A stretch of 64,000 nt of DNA from Schmidtea nova (Eukaryota). The position numbers and the translations under genes were made by a program. Positions 37,420-48,599 of the stretch are shown here, one piece after another. Position 1 is the first letter of the stretch, and each line of letters starts with the position of its first letter. The notes beneath the pieces are model-generated. The model saw only the letters and a list, made by a program, of their open reading frames with translations, searched no databases and was not told where the DNA came from. The stretch spans positions 134,974,001 to 135,038,000 of the forward strand of contig CM097883.1 in the NCBI GenBank assembly GCA_044892505.1. Reading direction: 5' to 3'.

Positions 37420-37570
37420 CCAGAGAAAATTATATAGTAAAAACAAACTAATTAAAATTAATTAATCGCTCAATGGGAAGCCCGAGACAATGGAAAGCTC
37501 GAGGCAATGGGAAGCCCGAGCACAGCAGAGACCCGTGAGATCAAAGGCGGGAGATTGCGCATGGCAATTA
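37420..37570 (+). repeat. Dispersed repeat family, copy 3
   Basis: GGGGTCCAGAGAAAA..AATGGGAAGCCCGAG twice, then TGAGATCAAAGGCGGGAGATTGC. Confidence 0.55.
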
Positions 37571-38518
37571 GACAGAATCCACCCTAGCGTAAATATAAAA
37601 ATTTATTGATGGACCAATTAAGCCAGAGACTGGGTAACTTTTTGGATTTTGATTAAATTTAATTGCCATTTGCGATATGTATATTAAACAGCGCAAAGTA
37701 AAGGACGAGCGCAAGGAACTGAGAGATTAACTAGAATTTATAATATTTGGAAAACGAGAAATATCATTGCTAGTTCAGTCAAAAAGAATAAGAATTGAAT
37801 ACGTACTTGCGGAATTCGGAAAAGGCAAAAGACGAAGTGAGAAAAGATTTTAGTAACCGTTAATTGAGATTACGTACAAGAAAGGTCCATTACCCATTGC
37901 GTTTTAAGCCCTAACGTGAGAATCAAATCTGAACAAGTGCAAATTGTTGAGTCTAAATCCTATTAATTAAAACAAGTTGAGTTAAAAGATAAATAGGATT
38001 TGTGGTGGTCATCAAACAAATTGTTCTGTGTTGGGTTTTATTGATTTTCGATAATTAAGATATGAGGAGTCAAGTCTTTGAACAGATCTTAAACAAAGTA
38101 AAATAACCCAACAATGTTAAATAAGATATCTCCTGTGAAGTAATATTCATATATTAGAACTCCAAATTGACCTCTCATATCGATTACCTACATTCTTTGG
38201 GAATTTACATATGACCTGCTTTCGGGTTGCCATGGTAAGCGTGATTAAAATGATTTTTAAATCTGACCTACTATCCGAAGTCCTGCTAGTGTATAAAATA
38301 AAATTTGAAACATGCAACCTAAACATCGAGAAAAATAAAATTGCCAATCAATGAAAACAACGAAGGGATGTGCAAAAACCGATAGTAATCAATGTAAAAG
38401 AGTGAAAACAATGAAAACCACACATTTATTACAAAATAATGATCAATATAAAACATGCTGCTGACAGAAATATGATAAGAAGAATCTCCACAAAGAATCA
38501 TGCACAAATGACATCTGA

Positions 38519-41500
38519 CTACTTCAGCAGCCATTTGGTTTTGGTTTTGTTTTTATCCTTCACGTCCAACGCATCCATTGACACCCGGAAATTCGTCTCG
38601 CGATTGCTTTCTTCCCAGGTCAAACGCTGAGCTTCAAAATTGTTTCTCTTGTACTCGATCTCTTTGATTTCGTTCTCTAATTGGTTTCCCATATCTCTTT
38701 CCGTCCGTTCGATCGTCTGCTGAAATTCCTCGAGTTTTCTTGTTTTCTCCGATACCTAATATAGAGATTAGATTTATTAGACTTATCCTGCTAATTAATA
38801 TTATTATTGTGCAAACAAATTCCCCTAACCTTCTGTTGGAATAAATGGTGCATGTCTTCTTCCATTTTTCGGATTTTAGCTTCAAACTCTCGCTTCTCTT
38901 CATCCATTTGACTCATCGGATCTTTGCCGTCAGTTACTCCAAATTGGCTGTCTTTTGCGAAATTGCTCATTTGTTCGCATCGATAGTTTTCGAACAGCAC
39001 TTGATCGGTCGTGTCCTTGATATCCTGGAGATGAGAGCTCAGTAGCAGAGTCCTCAAGGCAGCGAAATCGTTATGTTCGAGATTGTCGACTTCTACCACA
39101 CCCCAGGGATAGGTCCTTCCTCGGATTTTGTTGCCTCCCTTTTCAATGATTATGTTACTGCAGACAACAGCGAACGGTTGACGCTTTCGCTTGATTGTAA
39201 TATCTTTCCAGTTGGTTTCCCGGCCTTTAGCAACCGTGAGTCCCAGAGATATCGCTGCTGCTTCTTCGGGAAAATCGTAGATTTTAATTCCGTTTGTTTT
39301 AATTTGGTAGAGAATGGTTTTTTTGAATTCAGCGCACTCGTCTGGAATCAGCGTGTCGGCTTTTGCAATAATAGGAATAATATTGACTTTGGTGTGAATG
39401 CGTTTCATGAATTCAAGATCGAGTTGTTTCAGGCCGTGTCCGGTCGGCTCAATGAAATAGAGGCAAGCGTGGACGCGATTGTCCACGATTCGATTGCGAT
39501 GGACGCGATTTTGTGCATGCATATACTCCGTATATTTCGATTCTATGTATTTCAATACCGGATTCCAGCATTCAGAATTGTCGACTGAATCACCGAATCC
39601 AGGGGTATCAATCAATGTCAGTTTCAGTGACACTGAGTTTTCAGTGATGTTCACTGTCGTTGTGTTGATGTGGACGGTTTTTTGCGTTCTTTTTGTTGGA
39701 GGCTAAGGAATGTTTGATAATAGTTCATGTAGCTTTATCAATATATAGTCAAGATATCATTGTTATCACACTGTTTTAATAAGCGATGACCCTAATACGT
39801 TTAAAATGTCTATTGAAATTGTTTACAAATGGATCGAACATTCTAGGACATATAAACAGTCATTTTGGAGGTGCTCTTTATTCGAATTTATCACTACTTG
39901 TTAGTTTTAATTAGGGCTTATTTAATTCCATATTAATTAATTCATATTTATAATAGAAATTATTTTATCATTAACATCTCTTATTTTCACTTTTGACCTT
40001 TTCTTTTCTATTTTGGAAAATTTTATTTATAAAGACGATAAATTTTTTTTTAAAAACGAAACACAAATTTTTGGCACTTTAAACAGGCTGTGCCAAATAT
40101 TTGTGTGTTTTTAAAAGAAATTTTATCCAGTTTTTATAAAAATAAATAAAGACCATTTATCTAAAACCCAGGAGAGAATTTGGTAAAAATGATTTCAATA
40201 AAAAAATTTATATTTCTTCACCATTTATTGTTTTTCAATTTCCTCTATATTCATTTCTTTTTTAAACTATCAATCGATATTTATAAAAAATAAAACAATT
40301 AATCGATAGTTGAAAAAAGATTAATTGGTTTTGTAAAATTATAGATTCCCCGATAAAAAATGGAATTTGGATCGAGGAGAGATAAAGTTGCCAGCAGACT
40401 TACTAATTCATTGCGTAATAGATTTAATCAAACATAAAATACGCCCACATTTTTAGTTGTTGATTTACAGTTATTCAATCGCGTTTTTGATACAGAAAAA
40501 TGTCAATTGATTGCATATTTTATGCGTGACCCTCCCTTGTGGAATACTCTAACTGCTTCAAAATATTATGTTAAATAAAATATTTAATACAGAAAATTGT
40601 AACATTAAATCGAATTCTATAACGAAGCATCACAGACAAGTAGAAATCAATAATTAATCTGCAAGTCGGTGTGCAATCTGCTATAAATATACGCGAGAAA
40701 AATAAGCATCATTACTGCTATTGCACATTGCGTGGGGAATTCAATCAAATGCTTGGAACAATCATTAAATGCCAGACAGTGCCGTTCTACTCTATGACAA
40801 ATTCAATAAACACCACTCAAACGATGAAAAATAGTTTCAGAAACCCATAAAAATATTAGATATTTATCGCACAAGTCGAATGTTTCTATATTAAACAAAT
40901 TGTGTAGAAGCAAATGAACTGAATAAAATAAATATTTGAAAGTAATATTGAAAATTTATCAAACGCTGATGAGAAGAGATAATGTGGCGAGGTGAGTATG
41001 AATAGGATGAAACTCGATGCAATTATAGAAAGGTTCCGTCTAGGTATTATTAGTTTAGGAGTTCAGTCTCCAAATTAGGGTGTGCAAAAGGAATGATTAC
41101 AATATGTGTCACATAAGAGAGTTAACAAAATGAATAAGTATCAATGTTGCCTCGAAAACATGCAGAGAAACTGCAATTACAGCAGTTTCGTTCTTAAAGC
41201 AACTGGGAAACCATTATTCGTAGTTTTAGTAAATCTATTTTCTTAAGTACGTTGCATTTTTGGAGCTAAAAATTTGTGCACATTCAAAAATATTTTGAGA
41301 CCACTGGTGTAAGAGACTCGATCAAAAATTAAGTAATTTTTGTTACATAGAGAGGATCATCAACTTAGCTCAATAGAAACATTCGGAAAAGGCTGGTAAA
41401 TTATTTACTCAATTGAATAAATTAGTTTTGCAAAATCTCGGATTCATATATTGTATTTAATACTGAGTTGGAAATTAACGAATTTCAGAGAAAATGAATA

Positions 41501-43865
41501 AAAAAATATTTAATTACCTTCATTTCATTTTTGGTGTTTTTGGATTTTTGATGTTATAAATAATGAATTTTTGTACTGATTTTAAAATAAAATTTGACAA
41601 CATAATCTAGTACTTAGTAATATAAAAATTAAAGAATACATCTTAGATTATGTGTACTCCGATATGTCCTCTTTTAATGATATATATATATATACCTAAT
41701 TCTGTTTTTACACAATAGATACGTTCCTAAAAAATCCGTGTAAAAAAAATATCGACTGAATGGGAAAATAGTATTGAAAATATATTGAAAATCGTGTTAA
41801 AACAAAGCAATTCGTGTAAAAAGAGAAAAAAATTCTTTTTAATACGTGTTAAATCAAATTCGTGTAAAAACAGAATTAGGTATATGTATATATGTATATA
41901 TGTATATATATATATATATATAAATTTCTTACTACGTATTTAGTTCCTATATTATTAGTGACCCTCTTACCACACTAAAAAACCTTTTTATGAAAAAGCT
42001 TTAAAGAGCAGCATTTTCTAAAATTAACAAATTAAATACTTTTTTCAGAAATTTCTAAATTTTATAGTTAATTTATCCATATCCTTCTTCACTGACATTC
42101 AGAATATTTATTGTGATGACATCCTTCGTTCATTTATATAGTCGGGCTTCATAACCACATAACCAATTAACTAAGCATTTTAATAAATTTAAAGTCTTTT
42201 ATTTAACAATTTTCAATTTCTTTTATCTTCATTTCTCTTTAGACTATAAATGGATATTTTTAATTTAATACGAATTTTCAGCAGCCTTTAACAAGTGTCC
42301 GTCTTTCAACCTAACTTTATTTATTATATAATATTATTTTATTTTTAAATTTTCAAGTAATTTTATCAGATGATAATTTAATTTTAAAAAGACAGAAAAT
42401 AGAGGTAATTATAATTTCCTTTCTCTTTAAAATTAAATAATGATACAATTAAATTAGTTAAATATAAAATTATTAATATTCAATTTTATTAATTAGTTTA
42501 ACCAGATATTATGAATGAAAAGTGGTAAAGGATAAGTGAGGATTGGAGGCAGTGAGAAGGTTAAGAGAGTGGCAGTAAACTAACATTATCAAATAATACT
42601 TATTCCCAGTTAAACCGAAGTCCAGCTATCGAATCAACCAAATAACGAAACTGAGCGCGCACTAAATTGATTTAAATATTCACTGAATTACCTATCAAAA
42701 CTTATCAACGGAATCTCAATTTGTATTCAAATCAAAATAATTATCTAATTATATTTTCACTAAAATCCAATTGAATTATGTAACAAACAGAATATATTAA
42801 TTACAATCTGATTACTACTGAAATATCTCGAATTGCTACATATCAATCTAGTGTGACACACACTAGATTGATATGTTATATATTGAAATGAATCGAAGCA
42901 CCCCGAATTTATTTGTTTCATTTTTTTGTAATAATAATAATATAATAAAAATAAAGCACAATATAAAAAATATCGATATCAATATCAATATCAATGATCG
43001 GATTCATATTGAAAATAGTGTGCTACGGTAATAAATTTTTGCTGATGATTCATTGGTGCATGCAACTGCCCAATCAGATTCCAGTTATCATTACTAACTG
43101 AATTATCATCATTATTACTATTATTGTTTTATCGTCGATGTTAATCATAAGATTTTGTGTTTCCGATGTCATCGCTACCTTATTGCAAATGTTACATGCT
43201 CGACAAATCAATAGATCAACTGTATTGATTACTCTAGCAAACACATTCGGTGAATACATGAATAATAATTATGAGAATAAATTTATTTTCATTAATTATT
43301 ATTATTATTTGATTGCTATTTTAAAATTGATCAATGAAAAATTTAATTTAAAAATTTTAATAAATTAATAAATAAGATTACGATAGAGAAAAATAATAAT
43401 TTCCTACCAAATTTTCGTTGTTATACAGTTCCGAGAGAAATAGAGTGTTGACAAAAGTCGATTTGCCCAATCCCGAGCATCCGACAACCATCAGATTGAA
43501 TTCAAATCCATTGAAAAGAGATCTCCTGTATATTTGGTCGGGAAGGTTTTCGAATCCAATATTTTTCACAGTTCTCATTTTTGAATTATCTAAATTGAAA
43601 ATAAAAATGACAATTTTTTGAGGATTATTTCCTATATAAATTTACCGATGTTGCCAGATGGTGATTTAGGTTTAGCTGACTTAGGTTCTACTGTTAATTC
43701 ATTTTCTGTCTTGAAAGTAGTCGGTTCTACTGTTGGGCTAGCATTTACATTGCTTCCTTTTCTTTCATATGGTCTTTCAACTGGAGGTTTTGTTATCTTT
43801 GGAGTAGTAATAACGGTTTCTTTGCTAGTAACACCATTGATTGTTTCTTCTTTGTTACGTTGCAT
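38519..43865 (-). CDS. SEPT7: Septin 7 (CDC10/peanut-type), 503 aa, spliced
   Basis: Exons 43646-43865, 43408-43589, 38830-39702 and 38519-38755 join in phase through GT-AG introns of 56, 3705 and 74 nt. Motifs [38 protein letters not shown] and RGRTYPWG; the SEPT7-type coiled coil [23 protein letters not shown]. Confidence 0.93.
40018..40150. repeat. Degenerate hairpin/MITE in septin intron
   Basis: ..ACACAAATTTTTGGCAC and GTGCCAAATATTTGTGT.. arms extend outward with mismatches. Confidence 0.6.
41693..41882. mobile_element. Tc1/mariner-type MITE, copy 2, inserted in a TA tract
   Basis: Perfect TIRs TACCTAATTCTGTTTTTACAC / GTGTAAAAACAGAATTAGGTA; interior matches 10899-11072. Confidence 0.85.
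42838..42876. repeat. Perfect 18-bp-arm hairpin
   Basis: ACATATCAATCTAGTGTG-ACA-CACACTAGATTGATATGT. Confidence 0.9.
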
Positions 43866-44389
43866 CTAAATGTAAAATTTAAGATATCTTTTTGAAAAAT
43901 CAAAAATTACATTTAGCTGAAATTGCAAATTGTAATAAAATTTGACAAGCAGAAGTTCTTAAATTATACTTCAAAATGTGCGATATTTAAAATTGAATAT
44001 TTAAACATTTTAACAAAAATATTCTTAATAATCAATTATTCTTACTTTTATTAAAATTATTTATTTAATAATTTAAATGGCATAATAATAGTAACAGTCA
44101 CTATACATGTTTAAACTTTAATATTAGAATGTTATATAAACATCATGAAATTTTATTCTTCAAAAATTGTTGAATTCCAAAAATATTTTAAATACGAAAC
44201 ATTGATGGGCTTGATTAATGTCCTAGCTCTATAGCAAGCCTGTAAGAATAACTTTTTTTTATTTTGATCTTGATTTTTTTCAGAATATACTATTGCTGAG
44301 TGGTATTGGTGTTGTTTTAAAACTATTAACGATTCCAGGGGTTAATACCACCCACACCGCAACATAAATATCAATCCATCTCACTAGTG

Positions 44390-44530
44390 CGCCCATAGTT
44401 ATTCCCCAAATAAATATGTTGGTACTATACACGATGGCGAGAATCTAGTGAGCAGATGAGCTCCGTTGAGGAAACTACTCCTCACTAAATTCTCTCTTTT
44501 GGGTTCTAGCTGCGATAGAAGGACTTACGC
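44390..44530 (+). repeat. Structured dispersed repeat, copy A
   Basis: Aligns with 58545-58678: GCGCCC..GTTGG.ACT..CACG.TG.CG..GCAGRTGAGCTCC..AACTACTCC..GGGTTC..GCTGC..AGAAGGACTTACGC. Confidence 0.7.
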
Positions 44531-46066
44531 ATCTGCTTTCTTTTCGGTCCTATCGCATGATTTTCCTCCTAACAATCTATTACTTTTCGCTATCAGTCAT
44601 TACACCTTGATTCCTTCCCAATTATTTCATCAAAATGATGAATGCTCCTGGAAATCCCATTTCCTCTCGCCCAACTTTGGTTCAAGTACGCCGCATTGCC
44701 TAACCCTCCGAAGAGAGTCAGGACGAGAGGCCATTTATTGCCCATCATGACGTGCCTTTATGTATTTTCCCCGGAAGTTTTGAGGGTTTACCCGCGAACA
44801 ATCATAAAATTTTTCGATTCAAAACATTTAGTGAACACCATTCACATAACATGATTACAAATTACCATACACAAAACATACCTACTCACCTACGCGACTG
44901 GCTGGCGAAAATGAAATTCTGCAAACATTTGCTAACTACCTATTATTATTTTATTGTGATTTTTCGCGTCTATTTATACTAAATAGACTGACACCCAAGC
45001 ATTTTCCCATTCAAATAATTATATTATTATTGAAACTCAATTTATTTGTTTCAATAAACGATTATTTATTTAATTTTTTGTAAATTTTATTTTATAATTT
45101 TATTTATTTATTTCTTAAATATTTGTTTTTAATTCCGATAAATGATGTGTGTGTCCATTGTTTTTGTACATTTATTGATTGATTAAAACAATCCACTTTA
45201 ATCTAATTCTATTTTTATTCCTACCTCTGTTATTTTTCTAATATATCAATGGGAATTTTTCCTATACTTTTTACTAAATTATTTTCTTTATTCTGGTATC
45301 AATTTTTTTCTTTGATCATGCTTTTCGTTATTTTGTACTTTATTTTGATCTTCCCTATTCAATTCTCGCGCGGTCCTTCGTGTGTAAATGCGACATGCAC
45401 TTTAATTGTGGGCTCTCTGTTGAGACCCCCTTTTCTATCGTTTAAGCCCTATCTCGACCGACTTATCGAATGTTATCGAACTATTATACTTTACTGTTTT
45501 TATTTTTTTTTTGCTTTAGTTTACTGCGTAATGCTTTATCTGGCGTTTTATACTTGTCCCCTTTCGTATATTTTTGATAAATTCGCACAAAATTTATTTT
45601 CCATTTCGCCAGCCCAACACTATTTATTATAGTCTTATATTTTTCCTCTTAGTGGTTTGTTGACCGTCAATATGACCTTGACGTTGTTATGGCTCCTATC
45701 AACAACTCAACATATAACACATTAGTTTAACCATCTTGTTGCCCGTCGCAATGTAGCGTTGGTTATGCAACAAATGGGTGGATGCCCGCAAACAGTGAGC
45801 GTCGAAAAATTTGAAACTATGATTGACTGAACATCTCCTGGTACATTCATATCAATCAATCATTAAATATTTATTCGACATCACCACTCAACCCATGCGC
45901 GAAAGTTTTATCAAACAAGCATTTGATTTTCAGATGGTATTTAAACTTTTATGAGTTTGAATTTTATCGATTATTTCTTTCTGAATTTTAATTTTAATTT
46001 AATTTATATTAAAAGTTTGATTGATTTTCTTCTAAATACCGGTTTTACATGTACTTATCTCATTAG

Positions 46067-46790
46067 GTTGTCTTATATAATTTTACTAATAATCCTGTTA
46101 AAATTTTACTTAAAAATTTAAATTTTCACCGAGGCGTTAGCAATGGTAAGTTAATATGTATTAAATATACGTTTGGCAATCCTGCATGTTTCTAGGTTTT
46201 TAAAATGTGCAAAAATTTTAATTTTAATATTATATATGGGGCAATATCTTGCCAGTCTCCTGGTCTATTAAATCAACGTAAAACATAAAAATTAAAAATA
46301 AATCTAAATATTTATTCCAGGCACACTGCTAAATTCACGAAATCTGATTGGATTAATTTTTTATGGTAATAGTTTTATTATAATATATCTTATTGATTTT
46401 AAATTTATTTTTAGGTTGGAATTCCAAATCAGATCCAATACAAAAACTGAATCTTATAAGTAAGAGATAGGGATGTTTATACTTTTTTCGTTTATTTAAT
46501 TTATTCAGTTAAGGGAATCATATGATGATTTAATTTCATGGCACCAGGATCTCTGTGAATTATATTGGTNNNNNNNNNNNNNNNNNNNNNNNNNNNNNNN
46601 NNNNNNNNNNNNNNNNNNNNNNNNNNNNNNNNNNNNNNNNNNNNNNNNNNNNNNNNNNNNNNNNNNNNNNNNNNNNNNNNNNNNNNNNNNNNNNNNNNNN
46701 NTTTGTAAGACTTTGTTATGTATACCAAGAAGTTTGTTAGAAGCCGACAGAGTCACCGATTTATGTTGGGACAGTCGGGTTGCCTGCTTA
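46067..46790 (+). CDS. Unidentified spliced gene, cluster of very short exons continuing across a gap
   Basis: GT-AG introns 46146.., 46278-46320, 46366-46414 and 46460... One in-phase path is 46067-46145, 46256-46277, 46321-46365, 46415-46459, 46514-46567, giving ..KFTKSDWINFLWLEFQIRSNTKTESYKESYDDLISWHQDLCELY. The path is not unique. Confidence 0.45.
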
Positions 46791-47465
46791 TGTAATGTAG
46801 GGTTTACAATGATTTAAACTCAGCAAACTTACAACAAAATTTAAATAAAAAGTTATATTTTTATAAAAATTGTATTTAGAGAAAAGTAACAGTCTAAAAC
46901 CACGAAAAGTTACTTCAATATTAATGGAAATATTTCTTTTGGCTCTTTGAATATTCTTAAAGATTAGTCTTAGTTTCAAATGATTTCTCGAATTTTTCTT
47001 TAAAATTTTCAATCTGTTTTCTGTAGAAAATAATTAATTCTTTGATAGTATGTTTGAAATATCTTCTTCAGTTGAAATATCTTCTTCAGCTTCTATCTGC
47101 AGTTTCTTTTCAGTTTATACTTTAAATTTTAGTTAATTCTTCTCTTAATTGGTTCTTTAATTTGTCTTTTTCCTTTTCAGTTTTCTTTTTTTCTGGATTA
47201 ATTCTAGTTTTCGAATTTCAATTGGTCGTAGATTTCGTTTGTTTTTGGTTGCTAATTTGTTTCTTCAATCTTTTATTTTTTAATTTCTAATCGAGTTTTT
47301 TGTCATATTCCTATAGTAATTCATATTACTATAGGAATTGATTTTTTTTGAGTTTTTGAGTTTTGTTTTTTAAATTATTATTATTATTTAACTATAATTA
47401 TTAACTATTATTATTTACTATAAAATGGGGGGAAAGGACATCCACCAGGCCGAACATATTGGTAA

Positions 47466-47478
47466 TGTAGTGCCTTCG

Positions 47479-47554
<76 letters not shown>

Positions 47555-47983
47555 TTAATTATTTTTATATATGATATAAGTATATATTATTAAATTAAAT
47601 ATAGTTTATTTACAAATTGAGTAATGGTTGTTTTAATATTTACAATAAAAATATGGCAAGCAAACAAATTCAAAAGCAAAAATGACAGTTTCGTTAAATG
47701 AAAAGCAGCAAACAAATTTAGATGCAAAGATCACAGTTTCATTAAATAAAAAGCACCAAGCAAATTCAAATGCGAAGATGAAAGATTTATTAAATAAAAT
47801 CACCAAGCAAACTCAAATGCGAAGATGAAAGATTTATTAAATAAGAAGCACCAAGCAAACTCAAATACAAAGATGACAGATTTATTAAATATGTAGAAGG
47901 AAGAAAATCAATGCTCAACGCGCCGAGATTTTTGTTTAAATAAAATTTTATTATTTATAGTAATTTATTTCAGTGTCACTAAA
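47466..47983 (+). mobile_element. Gypsy-type LTR containing a (TA)n tract and 42-bp tandem repeats, followed by a degenerate PBS
   Basis: Starts TGTAGTG, ends CACTAAA, followed by TTGTGTCAGAAC; homologous to 50478-50779 in inverted orientation. Confidence 0.7.
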
Positions 47984-48351
47984 ATTGTGTCAGAACTGAC
48001 GGCTCTCCAGCATCAGAAAGTTATTATTACTTGGTCAATCAGATCCATCCACAGCCGCAACAAGTCGTTTACATCAGCATTATTCACAATCTCGGAGTGT
48101 CCTTGCCTCAACATCATTTTATTCAACCACAATTTACTTTCATTTCATCGGACAATCAGAATCATTTTCAAGTATTATTGGCTCCATTTCCGTTTGCCAG
48201 AAGTAACACTTCAACCCATATCATAAACCCAGTTGCCGTGGCACATCCCAATCATAATCAGAACCAAAAATACACAATTAGTCGACAACTTACCGTAACA
48301 ATGTCAATATTCTTTGTTGCTACTCCGTGCTCATTGCTAGCAGCCTCTCCG

Positions 48352-48461
48352 ACAACTGCCGAAGTTATGCACTCATTCCAACAACATCAAATATCTCAAC
48401 CGAAATACAACTGCCGAAGTTATGCACTCATTCCAACAACATCAAATATCTCAACCGAAAT
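48352..48461. repeat. Exact 55-bp tandem duplication
   Basis: ACAACTGCCGAAGTTATGCACTCATTCCAACAACATCAAATATCTCAACCGAAAT occurs twice. Confidence 0.95.
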
Positions 48462-48599
48462 ACAATAGGTTCACCAATCCAAATGATATGGCAATAAGTA
48501 TCATTTATTATATTTCTATAAATAAAATTTCTTCATATTTATCATAATTTTATATATATTATTTAATTAATATTGTTTTATAAATATTATATTATTTAA

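Noticed and set aside
39073-39706. Long plus-strand ORFs over the septin, and minus-strand ORFs over PRPF31 (56061-56969)
   Set aside because: They are antisense shadows of well-supported coding exons.
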